From: an uncultured Pseudomonadota bacterium
Lineage (GTDB): Bacteria > Myxococcota_A > Polyangia > Fen-1088
Direction of reading: 5' to 3'
NCBI GenBank assembly: GCA_963847705.1
Contig: CAWKBC010000030.1
Span: 96,001 to 160,000, forward strand
DNA: 64,000 nucleotides
Positions 18,194-28,943 of the stretch are shown piece after piece. The first letter of the stretch is position 1; each line of letters starts with the position of its first letter. A program made the translations under genes and the position numbers. The notes beneath the pieces were generated by a model that was not told the DNA's origin, did not search any database, and worked only from the letters and a program-made list of their open reading frames with translations.

Positions 18194-19393
18194 GTGCGAG
18201 TCGGATACCTCATCCCGGAATTTCCAGGACAGACCCACGTCTTCTTCTGGCGTGAGATCGTGGCGTTACGTGCCCAGGGGGTCTCCGTTCGGCTTCTCTC
18301 GACCCGCCGGCCCGCAGCGAGCTGTCGGCACGAGTTTGCGGCCGCCGCGACCGCAGAGACTCACTATCTGTTCCCTCCCCGAATCTCCGCGCTCCGGCGG
18401 TGGGTCGTACGGGGCGCGCCCGGCCTCCAGGGCGCCCTTCGGTACCTGAACAGCCTCTCTCCGCGGGGACTCAAGGCGCGCTCGCGCAGCCTCGCCATTC
18501 TGGCGTCCGCGATCGATCTCCTGGAGTACGCGCGGGAAGAGAGACTCGACCACATCCACGCCCACTCGTGCGCCGACGCGGCGCACGTCGTCGCTCTTTG
18601 CCGCAAGCTCGGGGGCCCACCGTACAGTCTCACCCTGCATGGAGATCTGGGCGTCTACGGGACGGATCACCGGCTGAAGATGGAGGGGGCCGCGTTCATC
18701 GCGGCGGTCGGTAGCCACTTGGTGCGCCAGATCGTGAGCGAGGTGGGTCTTCCGCAGGACCGCCTCCTCGCCACCTGCATGGGCGTCGACACCAGCCGCC
18801 TCGCGGGGCTCGACGTGAAACCCTCGGCGCGGGTCGGTCAGCTGCGGATCGCCACGGTCGCCCGTCTCAATCCGATGAAAGGCCACCTGCACGCGCTCGC
18901 CGCCGTCCGGCGGGCAGTGGATGAAGGAGCGGACATCGAGTACACGATCGCGGGGGAGGGCGAGTACCGCCCGGAGATCGAAAAATGCGTCCAGGCGCTG
19001 GCGCTCGAGGATCGCGTGCGCCTCGTCGGGACGCTGTCTGAATCCGAGGTGCTGTCGCTCCTGTCACGCACCGATGCCTTCGTGTTGGCAAGCGTGGGTG
19101 CGGGCGAAGCTTGGCCCGTCTCGGTGATGGAAGCCATGGGGGCAGGGGTGCCGGTGATCTCTTCGGTGATAGGTGCCACGCCCGAGATGATCACCTCCGG
19201 CGTGGACGGGATCCTGGTCGAGCAGCGCGACGAGGCGGGTCTGGCAGCAGCGATGCTGCACCTCGCCCGGGATCCCCAGGCGCGAATCCGCATGGGCGAC
19301 AATGCCCGTGCGACCGCCCAACGTCGCTTCGAGGTGAGCGTGACGGCCGGACGCCTGATCGAGGCGCTCGGTGGCGCGTCGTCGCCTCTCTAG
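18194..19393 (+). CDS. GT4 glycosyltransferase
   Basis: YLIPEFPGQTH, HIHAH, VARLNPMKG, EAWPVSVMEAM (EX7E). Confidence 0.92.
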   Translation: MRVGYLIPEFPGQTHVFFWREIVALRAQGVSVRLLSTRRPAASCRHEFAAAATAETHYLFPPRISALRRWVVRGAPGLQGALRYLNSLSPRGLKARSRSLAILASAIDLLEYAREERLDHIHAHSCADAAHVVALCRKLGGPPYSLTLHGDLGVYGTDHRLKMEGAAFIAAVGSHLVRQIVSEVGLPQDRLLATCMGVDTSRLAGLDVKPSARVGQLRIATVARLNPMKGHLHALAAVRRAVDEGADIEYTIAGEGEYRPEIEKCVQALALEDRVRLVGTLSESEVLSLLSRTDAFVLASVGAGEAWPVSVMEAMGAGVPVISSVIGATPEMITSGVDGILVEQRDEAGLAAAMLHLARDPQARIRMGDNARATAQRRFEVSVTAGRLIEALGGASSPL

Positions 19394-19473
19394 CGCCAGC
19401 CCCACCACGAGTTGCTGGACGCAGGCATCCGATGCAACATGCGGGCTCGATGACCGTGCTCCGATGAGGCGAG

Positions 19474-20784
19474 ATGCCATCGTCAAATAAACGACCACGG
19501 GTCCTGCTGATCGCCGAGGCGGCGCACCCTGATTGGACGAGTGTGCCGCTCGTGGGGTGGTCTCACAGCAGGGCCATTGCCAGTCTCACGGACGCTCATG
19601 TCGTCACCCAGATCCGAAACCGGGAGGCGTTCCAGCGGGCAGGCCTTCGCGACGACGTGGATTTCACGGCCATCGATTCTGAGCCGGTGGCGCGACCGCT
19701 CTGGGCCGTCGATCGGGTCCTTCGGTCGGTCGGCCTCGGTTGGACTGCGTCGACGGCCCTGGGCGCTCTTCCGTATTACTACTTCGAACATCTCGTCTGG
19801 AAGCGCTTCGGCGCTCGGATCCGCGGCGGCGAGTTCTCGGTGGTCCACCGTCTCACGCCCCTTTCGCCCACCACGCCCAGCCTCCTCGCCGCACGCTGCC
19901 ACGCGGCCGACATTCCATTCGTGTGGGGCCCGCTCAACGGCGGTGTCCCCTGGCCGAAACAGTTCGGCGACGTTCGCCGTGCGGAGGGGGAGTGGCTCTC
20001 TTACGTTCGCGACGCCTACCGGCTCCTGCCCGGGTATCGCTCGACGCGCGCCCAGGCCGCGGCCATCATCGTCGGGTCGCTCGCCACCCGGGATCAGATG
20101 CCTGCGGCTGTCCGGGACAAGTGCGTTTACATCCCGGAAAATGCCATCGACCCGGCCCGGTTCAACTCGCGCGTCGATCGGCCCCCGACCAGACCGCTGC
20201 GGGTCGCCTTCGTCGGGCGCCTGGTCCCGTACAAAGGAGCCGACATGCTGATCGAGGCCTGTGCCCCGCTCGCGCGCGCCGGTCTGGTCGAGCTCGACAT
20301 CATCGGCGACGGTCCCGAGATGCCGCACCTTCGGGGGCTGGTCCAGAAGCTGGAGATCGGCCCCTGGGTCAAGCTCGACGGGCAGATCAGCAACGCCGTT
20401 CTGCAGGATCGCCTGGTGGGCTCCGACGTCTTTGGATTCCCCAGCATTCGTGAGTTTGGCGGAGGGGTCGTGCTCGAAGCGATGGCCCTCGGGCTCGCGC
20501 CCATCGTCGTCGACTACGCCGGTCCCGCCGAGCTGGTGAGCGACGCTACCGCCTTTCGGGTCCCGCTCGGCTCTCGCGCCGAGATCATCGCGGGCTTCGC
20601 GGCCATCCTGGGCAGAGTGGCGGCGGAACCCGAGCTGGCCCGAGCCATGGGGGAGCGGGCGCGAAAGCGGGTGTTTTCGCTCTTCACGTGGGCTCACAAG
20701 GCGGAGCAGACCTTGGAGGTCTACCGCTGGGTGTCCGGCGAGCGATCCAAGCCGGACTTCGGGGCGCCCTTTCCCGATCCGTAG
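19474..20784 (+). CDS. GT4 glycosyltransferase
   Basis: SVPLVGW, FVGRLVPYKG, PSIREFGGGVVLEAM. Confidence 0.92.
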   Translation: MPSSNKRPRVLLIAEAAHPDWTSVPLVGWSHSRAIASLTDAHVVTQIRNREAFQRAGLRDDVDFTAIDSEPVARPLWAVDRVLRSVGLGWTASTALGALPYYYFEHLVWKRFGARIRGGEFSVVHRLTPLSPTTPSLLAARCHAADIPFVWGPLNGGVPWPKQFGDVRRAEGEWLSYVRDAYRLLPGYRSTRAQAAAIIVGSLATRDQMPAAVRDKCVYIPENAIDPARFNSRVDRPPTRPLRVAFVGRLVPYKGADMLIEACAPLARAGLVELDIIGDGPEMPHLRGLVQKLEIGPWVKLDGQISNAVLQDRLVGSDVFGFPSIREFGGGVVLEAMALGLAPIVVDYAGPAELVSDATAFRVPLGSRAEIIAGFAAILGRVAAEPELARAMGERARKRVFSLFTWAHKAEQTLEVYRWVSGERSKPDFGAPFPDP

Positions 20785-20840
20785 CGCCGGACGGGTCCAG
20801 GACGCCGGACGGGGTCAGACCAGGCGGGTCGAGCGTTGTG

Positions 20841-21650
20841 TCAGCGAGAGCGAATCATCGCCTTGACGTCGCCGATCGTCTTCTGGACCCGCCGCCAGAG
20901 CCGCTCGGCGGGCATATAGACGAGCCCCCGGAGCCGCTCATTCGGGCGCGCCTTGAAGATCGTCGAGTGGCTGGCGGTCATACCGGGTGGCGGCTCGCGG
21001 GTGTAATAATACGCTGCGAACGACTGGCGAACGTGGGGCGCCGAAGCAGAGACGGGGGCCACGCCGTGGTAGCTGACGTCGCTCGTCTCGAAAATGAGAC
21101 AACGATTCAGCTTCGGAGAGCTTCGAAAGTGGCAGGTCTTGACCTCTTTGTCCCAAAGCTCGATGTGACCGCCCCAGTCCTCCTGCCAGACGGGGTTGAG
21201 ATAGAGGAGGATGTTGAGCCGGCGGAAGAGCTTTCGGTCGTTGAGTTTGTTGAAGTCGACGTGAACATCGAGGCGGCCGCCAGGGCCCGTGAGGTGCATC
21301 CCGCCCCCCGAATACGCCTCGTCCGAGAGCAGGTTTGGAATCCCGGTAATGAACTCGAGATCCGCCAAGAACTCCGGCGACATGATCGCCTTCCCGAGCA
21401 TCGCGACGCGTTCCGGGAACTTGGACTGATCGGTCACCTGAATTTTCTTCTGTTCGTTGACGAAGTTGAACTGGAAGCCCTGCTGACCCGCCTGCTCCAA
21501 CGTCGGGTAGGCCGCCGCAATCTCCTCTGCGATTCCGGGCACGAGAAAGTCTTCGATCGCCATGTACGGAAAGGGCTGCGCGTTTCGAAACTGCTCTCGT
21601 AGACGCTCGCGATCCAGTGGCCGGATAAGGTCGTACGCTCTCGACGTCAT
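20841..21650 (-). CDS. 2-oxoglutarate/Fe(II)-dependent oxygenase
   Basis: GGGMH..LDVHVDFN (HxD), RRLNILLYLN, GGHIELW, SYHG, RQS. Confidence 0.88.
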   Translation of the reverse strand: MTSRAYDLIRPLDRERLREQFRNAQPFPYMAIEDFLVPGIAEEIAAAYPTLEQAGQQGFQFNFVNEQKKIQVTDQSKFPERVAMLGKAIMSPEFLADLEFITGIPNLLSDEAYSGGGMHLTGPGGRLDVHVDFNKLNDRKLFRRLNILLYLNPVWQEDWGGHIELWDKEVKTCHFRSSPKLNRCLIFETSDVSYHGVAPVSASAPHVRQSFAAYYYTREPPPGMTASHSTIFKARPNERLRGLVYMPAERLWRRVQKTIGDVKAMIRSR

Positions 21651-21718
21651 GGCTCAACAAATAGCACGGATCTCGGCGATCTGCACCCGCTCGGGCGCGT
21701 CGCTGCGTGCGCTGCCGG

Positions 21719-22915
21719 TCAGGCTCGAGCCCGGATTGACGACAGGACGTGACGACTCAACTCCAGCCGGCGATCCGGCCGGGAATCGAGCCAGCGATCG
21801 ATGAGATCGCTGCGCGTGAGCGACACCTGGATCGAGAGCCAGGCCTCGACCGATCGCTGCGAGGATTCTTGATACCGCTGCTGGTCGTTGCCCACGGAGA
21901 GCACCGCCCGGGCCAGAGCGTCCGGGGACGACGCCGGGAACACCGTCACGCCAGGCTGACTGCCCAGGGCACGCACCATCATCGGATGGTCGGAGATCAG
22001 CAAGGGCGTCCGGGAGGCGAGCGCCTCGTAGGTCGTCATCGGTAGGCCCTCGGGATATTCGTGGCGACTCGGGACCACCACCAGGTGGTGGGTGCGCATC
22101 TGGTGAAACACCTCGCGTTGCGGAATCCGACCGAGGAACCGGGTCTCCGCCCGCACGCCCAGAGCGCGAGCCATTTCTTCCATCGTCCCGTTTTCGCCGT
22201 CACCCGCGATGGTCACCTCGATGGCGCGCCCGGAAGCGCGAAGGAGGGGGATGGCCCTGATCAGATCACCAACCCCCTTCGCCTCGGAGACTGCCCCGGC
22301 GAAAAAGATCTTCAGCGGCCCCTCCCGATCCGGAAACGTCTTGGCGGGCCAGTCCTGGGGGCGGTTCTGTGGGGGCCAGTCCCAGGGGAGGATCTTTTCG
22401 GGGGCGACGCCGATCCTCGCCAGATCCGTGGAGGCGGGGATGTTGTGGTTCGCCACAAAGTCGATGGCCGGCGAGTTGAGCAATCGAACCAGAGCAGCCC
22501 GCTCCCACCGTCCCTTGATCGATAGCCTTTGCCCGAAGCTGTCGGCGAACAGCGGCAGGACGCGGGCCCCTCGGGCCAGGCCCAAGGCAATCGCCGGGAG
22601 ATGGGGGGTGAGCACCAGAAGGTGGGTTGGACGCAGCCTCTCCAGGTACGCGCAGAGCACAAAGCTCTGCGAGCGTCTGTACCGACCGAGCCCGATCGCG
22701 CGGACACCGTTGGGGAGAACCTCGTCGCCCGGGGGCGCCGGGAGACAGATCACCGTCACATCCCCGCCCGCGAGCAGCGATGCGGCGTGCTCGACGGAGT
22801 GGCGTTGACTGTTGTAGGTCTCCTCGCCCCCCGCCGCAAAGCGAAGCACCGTTTCCCGGTAGTCGCCGTACTGCACGAAAACGACGTGCCGTCTCCGGGC
22901 AGCCCCCCAGCTCAT
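21719..22915 (-). CDS. GT4 glycosyltransferase
   Basis: FAG..EAKGVGDL, VPSRHEYPEGLPMTTYEAL. Confidence 0.9.
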   Translation of the reverse strand: MSWGAARRRHVVFVQYGDYRETVLRFAAGGEETYNSQRHSVEHAASLLAGGDVTVICLPAPPGDEVLPNGVRAIGLGRYRRSQSFVLCAYLERLRPTHLLVLTPHLPAIALGLARGARVLPLFADSFGQRLSIKGRWERAALVRLLNSPAIDFVANHNIPASTDLARIGVAPEKILPWDWPPQNRPQDWPAKTFPDREGPLKIFFAGAVSEAKGVGDLIRAIPLLRASGRAIEVTIAGDGENGTMEEMARALGVRAETRFLGRIPQREVFHQMRTHHLVVVPSRHEYPEGLPMTTYEALASRTPLLISDHPMMVRALGSQPGVTVFPASSPDALARAVLSVGNDQQRYQESSQRSVEAWLSIQVSLTRSDLIDRWLDSRPDRRLELSRHVLSSIRARA

Positions 22916-23002
22916 GAATGGACGGTACCATCTCGACGCACCTCGAGGTAGTCGGGACGGTCGTTCGGCCGCCGCTCTGGGCGCTGTCGGCGTCTGATCG
23001 GG

Positions 23003-24373
23003 CTAACGGAGATGGATGTTGGGCAGCACGCGCTTGACGAGGATCCCGGCGACCATTGCGGCCCCGAAGATCGCGAATGCTCGGAACTCGTCTCTCAGCC
23101 TGAGGATGCCGAGACTCCAGCACTTCGGCCAGACCGCGAAGAACGTGGAGAGCTCGACGAGCACGGTCCCCCAGATGACACCTTTGACACCCGCCAGGTA
23201 CCACCCGAGCGGCATGCAGATCAGGGACGCCACCAGTCGCGTCACGCTCCGCAGAAAGCCATAGCGGGTGTGCCCGAGCGAGAACAAGCAGGTCTCGCTG
23301 GGGCTCACGATCAGGCTGATCGCAGAGCGGATGCAGAGGATCTGCAAAATCCAGGCGGCGTTCGCATAGCGGCTGTCCCAGAGCAGGTGGACGACCCACC
23401 CGCCGACGCCAGCCAGAAACCCGGTCGAGCCCATCGAGACGAGGTCGAGCCGCTTGCGCAGCCGGTAGTAGAACGTCGAGATGCTCTCGGGATTCTTTCG
23501 ACCCGCTTCGCTGAGGACAGGGTACATGACCCCGTTCACGAGTCGGAGAATCAGCGCGCCGATCGCCTCACTCAGGCTCATGGCGACCGAGTAGACCCCG
23601 AGCCAGGCAACACCCAGGAAGCGCCCCAGGAGGATGCGATCGCTCTGCCCGCCGAAGAAGGTGGCGGCGCTGCTGCCGAAGACCCAACGGCCAAACCGCC
23701 TGAGCTCCTCGAGCGCCTCTCGCTCCCACCGGAAGCGGTTGCGGTACGGCACCGGCAGGAAGTGCGAAGCGATGGTGTAAAAGATCGACCCTATCGCGCC
23801 GCCGATCACCAGAGCCCAGGGGCTGGGATACAGGCGCGCCAGGATGATGGTGGCGGGGACGGTGATCAGAGTCTGCGCGAGCTCGAGGCCATTGATCCAG
23901 CCGAGGCGCAGCTTGCGCCGCAGCGAAAACACAGATGTCGAATGCAGCCCGGAGAAGGCCACCTGCGCGGCCGCCACGCAGAGGAGAGGCGTGAGCTGCG
24001 GCTCCCGATAGAACCAGGAGATCGGTTTGGCGAGCGCAATCATCACCAGCGCCAGGACCGGACCGCGCACCGCCTGGACCGTGAACGCGGTGTTGAGGAA
24101 GCTCTCGTCATCACCGCGCTTGCTCTGGATGATGCACGGGCTGACCGCGACGTCGGAGAGCATGAACAGGCCGGTCATGAACAGGGAGACGATCGAGGAG
24201 ATTCCGAAGGCCGCCGGGAACAGCAGCCGGGTCAGCACCAGGTTGCTGCCGAGGCGGAGCACCTGCTGCGCGCCGTAGCCGGCGACCTCGAACAGGGAGC
24301 CGCGCAGCAGACGAGGCCGAAGGTCCGAGACAACCGCCGGGGCTGGCTCTTCAGCCGACGCCGTCTCGATCAC
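23003..24373 (-). CDS. wzx: Wzx oligosaccharide flippase
   Basis: LRLGSNLVLTRLLFPAAFG, SDRILLG..LGVYSVA; about 12 TMs. Confidence 0.9.
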   Translation of the reverse strand: MIETASAEEPAPAVVSDLRPRLLRGSLFEVAGYGAQQVLRLGSNLVLTRLLFPAAFGISSIVSLFMTGLFMLSDVAVSPCIIQSKRGDDESFLNTAFTVQAVRGPVLALVMIALAKPISWFYREPQLTPLLCVAAAQVAFSGLHSTSVFSLRRKLRLGWINGLELAQTLITVPATIILARLYPSPWALVIGGAIGSIFYTIASHFLPVPYRNRFRWEREALEELRRFGRWVFGSSAATFFGGQSDRILLGRFLGVAWLGVYSVAMSLSEAIGALILRLVNGVMYPVLSEAGRKNPESISTFYYRLRKRLDLVSMGSTGFLAGVGGWVVHLLWDSRYANAAWILQILCIRSAISLIVSPSETCLFSLGHTRYGFLRSVTRLVASLICMPLGWYLAGVKGVIWGTVLVELSTFFAVWPKCWSLGILRLRDEFRAFAIFGAAMVAGILVKRVLPNIHLR

Positions 24374-24606
24374 GGGCGCGTCTCGAACCTGATCGCCGTC
24401 CTGACGACATCGCGCAGGGGCAAGCGAAAGTTCAGGAGCGAACGGCAGCTCGGGATGAGATAGCTGCCACGGAAGGTCAAGTTCATCTGGTGTTGCGAGT
24501 CAGTGCGAGCATCACTATAGCTGGCGGCGCGCCAGATAGGAAGCGCGGTGGCAGCGAGCCGGCGATCTGCCGTCGCTGTCCGGGAGACGCCACCACCGCT
24601 CGAGAA

Positions 24607-26031
24607 TCAAGCGGGTTCCGCGCCGCGCGACCGCCAGTTCAGCCTCAGACCGTCAATCGCATCGGGGCGCTGCTCCCCCTCCAGGCCTCGCGTCACGATT
24701 CGGGAGAGCGCGGCGACCATGAAGGTGACGTACGGGTCGATGCTCGAGTTCGGAATCAGCTCGACCATGTAGACCGCTCCCATCAGTGCGAGGCAAGCGA
24801 CCAAGGTTCGATCCTCGGGGTCGGTCAGCCGGGCCACCGCTCTTCGACTGCGCCAGACGGGATAAAGCAACATCCCGAAGATGCTCACGAAGCCGACCAC
24901 TCCGTGGATGCCCAGCTCGATGGCCCACAAACCGTCGGTGGTGGACCGGTTGGCGCCGGTGACGGGATCCAGCCGAAAGGAACGGGCGCCCCCTCCCCAG
25001 CCAAAGACCGGACGCTGAAGCGCCCGGTTCATGACGTAAGCCTCCTCCTGAAGGCGCAGACCGAGCGAGCCCGCTCGATCCTGACCAAATTTGTCCACGA
25101 CGAACGCGTTGATGTCATCGACAGGAACCAGATCGAAGGCGCGCGCCACCGGATAGCTGAAGGCGAGGAATGCGACGATCGTGGCGATCTTGGTTTGGGC
25201 CTTGACGCTCGCAAACCAGATCAGCGGAACCACCAAGACCGCGTACATCAGCGCGCCCAGCGAGTGGCAGAGGATCAGGATCACGACCAGATAGATCGCG
25301 ACGGCGCGCCCCTTGAAGCCGAGCACCCGCGCTCCCGTCTGGCCGAGCGCGGCCGCGGCCATGCTGCTGAGGGAGAGGAAAAACGCCAGGATGAGGCCGT
25401 GGTTCATGAAGACCATGGGCCGATAGTGGTTGCCCCTGATGGCCTGTATGAAGTTGGTTGGGTAGTACCCGTAGAACCACATGTTCAACTGGGGACTGAA
25501 GATCATTTCAACGATGGCGAGGATGGTATAGATCATCGCGCCGCTCACCAGGATGACGAAGACGGTCCTGAGATCCTTTGAAGTCTTGATCAACGTCCGG
25601 CCCATGAATATCGACGGCCACCAATAGAGGATCATGCCCATGGTGCCGCTCATGAATGTAAAGAAGGAAAGCCCGGGTACGAACCCTCGCGGGAAAATGA
25701 GCGGATCGCGATTGGTCAAACAAGAACCCAGATAGCCCAAGATTCTGAGCACAATGAACAGATCCAGGCCCCTCCCTGGCTTCGCACGAGCAAAGCTCCC
25801 CCGCCAAAATATCAGACAGCCGATGAGCGCAGTCCATTGCGGAATGATGCTCTTGTCAATCGAGGGGAGCCCGGGCACGTCGAATCCGAACCCGGACGGA
25901 ATGAACATCTGACTCCCGATGAGCACGATCGGCACCGACACCGCGGGCCGCCAGCGAGACACGATCAGAAGCGAGATGGGCAGGGAGAGGACGAGCGCCG
26001 CCCAGGCCAATAAATTGGGCGTGCCCTCCAC
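24607..26031 (-). CDS. wzy: Wzy-like polysaccharide polymerase / O-antigen ligase family
   Basis: About 10-12 TMs, YRPMVFMNHGL, RAGSLGLR, RPVFGWGG, TDGLW; next to wzx. Confidence 0.78.
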   Translation of the reverse strand: MEGTPNLLAWAALVLSLPISLLIVSRWRPAVSVPIVLIGSQMFIPSGFGFDVPGLPSIDKSIIPQWTALIGCLIFWRGSFARAKPGRGLDLFIVLRILGYLGSCLTNRDPLIFPRGFVPGLSFFTFMSGTMGMILYWWPSIFMGRTLIKTSKDLRTVFVILVSGAMIYTILAIVEMIFSPQLNMWFYGYYPTNFIQAIRGNHYRPMVFMNHGLILAFFLSLSSMAAAALGQTGARVLGFKGRAVAIYLVVILILCHSLGALMYAVLVVPLIWFASVKAQTKIATIVAFLAFSYPVARAFDLVPVDDINAFVVDKFGQDRAGSLGLRLQEEAYVMNRALQRPVFGWGGGARSFRLDPVTGANRSTTDGLWAIELGIHGVVGFVSIFGMLLYPVWRSRRAVARLTDPEDRTLVACLALMGAVYMVELIPNSSIDPYVTFMVAALSRIVTRGLEGEQRPDAIDGLRLNWRSRGAEPA

Positions 26032-26169
26032 CGAACTAGCCTCCCGCCGCCTCGTCGACTGGCCCGTCCGACGAGCGGAGCAGCAGGATCGCGGGTCCGG
26101 TGCGCGTCGGAGCTTCGTCGCGGGCGTTTGACCGAACGCCCCGGCGCAGGATGTCCGGCGACCGTCGGT

Positions 26170-27435
26170 TCAACGGCCGTCCCCTGCGTCGCCCTCCAGA
26201 AGGACCGCCCCGAACAGCTCGCGGAGCTTGCCCGCCTCGACCGTGGCATCGTGGAAGGTGCGGGTCCTCGTCTGCCCGTTCCGGCCCAGGGCCAGCAGAT
26301 CGGCCGGTGCCGACGTCAACGCCTGCTGCATGGCATCAGCCAGGCCCTCGACGTCCCCGGCCGAGATCAACCAGCCGTTGGCGCCGTTCTGGACCAGCTC
26401 GGGGATGCCGGCGATGCAGGTCGAGATCACCGGCCGGTTCAGCGCGAAGGCCTCCATGATGACCACGGGGAGTCCCTCGGCGAAGCTCGCCACCACCAGG
26501 GCCCTGGAATCGAGCAGCAGCTCGCGAACCCGCGGGTTGTCGACCCAGCCGAGGATCCGCACCGTGTCCTGCAGTCCTCTCTCGCGGATCTCTGCTTCGA
26601 TGGGGGCGCGCAGGGGGCCGTCGCCCGCCAGGAGGACCTCGAAGGTCACCCCGCGCTGAGCGAGGATCTGGGCAGCGCGAACGACGAGGATCTGCCCCTT
26701 CTCTTCGCTGAGGCGCCCGATGCAGAGCAGACGGGGGCGCTCGGTGATCGGTTGAGCGGTTCCCTCGAAGTAGCCGCGATCGAGCGCGCAGCGAACGATC
26801 TGTATCTTCGACCAATCGGAAAACCGAGACCATCGAAAGAGCTGGCTGCGGCAAAATGAGGAAATCGCCACCACGAATCGAGCGTCGTGAATCTTCTCTC
26901 GAAGTGCCAAACGGGTCGGACTGTCGAATTCTTCAGGTCCGTGAACGGTGAAGCTGTACGTCGTGCCGCCCAGCTGGCCCGAAAGCATCGCGACCGTCGT
27001 CGCGTTGGTGCCGAAATGAGCATGCACGTGCTGGAGCCCCTGCTGTTGGAGCCATCTGGCCAGGAGACAGGCCTCGACGAAATAGGCGACGTGCTTCCAC
27101 ACGCCGGCGTCCGATCGGCGGCCCAGCCTGATCGCCCGAGCGAACGCGCCGACGAATTTCCGGGGGCGCCCGAACGCACGCCCCAGACAGGCCAGCGCGA
27201 TCTCACCGGGGCGCGCGCGGATGAGGTAGCGGGTGCGAGCGACCTCCTCGGCGTCCTGGGGGTCGACCGACTTGGTGTCGTCGGCCCGGATCGCGATCCG
27301 GACGACCTCCACCCCGGCCGCCTCCAGCGCGAGGATCTCGCGCCGGATGAAGCTGTGACTCAGCTTCGGATACTGGTTGATGAAATAGGCGATCCGGATC
27401 TTCGTGGGCTGCCCGGAGGACGCGCCACTCATCAC
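26170..27435 (-). CDS. GT4 glycosyltransferase (WcaL-like)
   Basis: YPKLSHSFIRRE, HVHAHFG, TVHGPEEFD, SFAEGLPVVIMEA. Confidence 0.92.
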   Translation of the reverse strand: MMSGASSGQPTKIRIAYFINQYPKLSHSFIRREILALEAAGVEVVRIAIRADDTKSVDPQDAEEVARTRYLIRARPGEIALACLGRAFGRPRKFVGAFARAIRLGRRSDAGVWKHVAYFVEACLLARWLQQQGLQHVHAHFGTNATTVAMLSGQLGGTTYSFTVHGPEEFDSPTRLALREKIHDARFVVAISSFCRSQLFRWSRFSDWSKIQIVRCALDRGYFEGTAQPITERPRLLCIGRLSEEKGQILVVRAAQILAQRGVTFEVLLAGDGPLRAPIEAEIRERGLQDTVRILGWVDNPRVRELLLDSRALVVASFAEGLPVVIMEAFALNRPVISTCIAGIPELVQNGANGWLISAGDVEGLADAMQQALTSAPADLLALGRNGQTRTRTFHDATVEAGKLRELFGAVLLEGDAGDGR

Positions 27436-27866
27436 GCGGTGACCAGTCGAACCAGACGGTCACTGCCGCAGGTGACGTTGATGATTGCGTCGAACGAGGC
27501 AGAAATCGCCTCCAAGAAAACGTCGCCGCAGGATTTCGTTCGTTGAACGAGGGACGTGCAGAAAGGCCTCGCTGCCCGATTCGATGAAAAAGCCGCTCCG
27601 CGAAGCGGACGCGAGCGAGTTGTGACTTGCAAGAAGTCGACCGCCGCGCAATCCGGGCTCCGGTAACGGGCCGTCTCGAGGCGCGACTGGATGTAGTCCA
27701 GATCACCGGCGGCGACCCAGCAGTTCAGGTTCGGAAGTCTCGCTGGACCGCGGGCCACGTTTTCCGGACTATATGCGCTGCCACCCCGGTCCACAAGGCG
27801 CCGCGCCTTCTCCGACAATCGGAAACAATGATTCATCCGCCTGTGCGCCTCGTATCCAGGCGATCT

Positions 27867-28859
27867 ATGCTCCCGTTGGTGTCTCGCCGCTACCTTCTCG
27901 TGTCCCCCTGCCGCGACGAAGCAGAGTACTTGCAGATCACGCTCGACACCGTGGCGGCCCAGAGCGTGCGTCCGACGAAGTGGATCATCGTCGATGACGG
28001 CTCGTCCGATGCGACCCCCGAGATCCTGTCGCGCGCGGTGGCCCAGCACTCCTTCATCCAGGTCGTCCGCCGAGAGAATCGCGGTCATCGATCGGTCGGC
28101 CCTGGCGTCATCGACGCCTTTTACCACGGCCTCTCGACGGTGAACCTCGACGACTTCGACTACGTTTGCAAGTTCGATTGCGATCTGGAGATGCCTCCGC
28201 GGTATTTCGAGCGGTCGATGCAGCTCTTCGAAGAGGACCCCTGGTTGGGAACTCTGTCGGGGAAGCTGCACCTCCGCATCGGAGGTCGCGAGATCATCGA
28301 GCGAACCGGGGACGAAAACTCGGTCGGCCCCGTGAAGCTCTATCGGGTCGATTGTTTCAAGGCCATCGGAGGGTTTGTTCGGGAAGTCTGTTGGGACGGC
28401 ATCGACGGACACATGTGTCGCCTGATGGGCTGGGTTGCCCGGTCGGTCGACGATCCACTGCTCCGAATCATCCATCTTCGACAGATGGGATCGAGTCACA
28501 TCAGCCTGTGGAACGGACGGAAGCGTTGGGGACGCGGGAAATACTTCATGGGGTCGAGCCCCCTGTACATGGCTGCGGCGGGCGTCTACCGAATGGCCGA
28601 GCGTCCCTATGTGTTGAGTGGCCTCGGGATTCTCTGGGGGTATCTTCGAGCTCGACTCGAGGGGGCCGCGCGCATGGACGACATCGGATACCTGGAATTC
28701 CTGCGGCGCTACGAGCTGGAGTCACTGTTCCTCGGGAAGCGACGCACGGCCGATCGCTATCACGCCAGGATTCGGAGCCGGCCGCCGGGAAGCGCGGGTT
28801 CGCCACGTCGCCCGATCCCTGTGAAGATCGGCAGCAGCGACCGGTCGCCCGAGCACTGA
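27867..28859 (+). CDS. GT2 glycosyltransferase
   Basis: SPCRDEA, IIVDDGSSD, KFDCD, WDGID; start uncertain (27828 or 27867). Confidence 0.88.
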   Translation: MLPLVSRRYLLVSPCRDEAEYLQITLDTVAAQSVRPTKWIIVDDGSSDATPEILSRAVAQHSFIQVVRRENRGHRSVGPGVIDAFYHGLSTVNLDDFDYVCKFDCDLEMPPRYFERSMQLFEEDPWLGTLSGKLHLRIGGREIIERTGDENSVGPVKLYRVDCFKAIGGFVREVCWDGIDGHMCRLMGWVARSVDDPLLRIIHLRQMGSSHISLWNGRKRWGRGKYFMGSSPLYMAAAGVYRMAERPYVLSGLGILWGYLRARLEGAARMDDIGYLEFLRRYELESLFLGKRRTADRYHARIRSRPPGSAGSPRRPIPVKIGSSDRSPEH

Positions 28860-28943
28860 CCCCGGGCACTGAGCGATCGACCTGGCGTTCGCCCTCAGGC
28901 CAATCGACCCAGGGACGGGGGCGCCTGGAACCGTCGACTCGGC

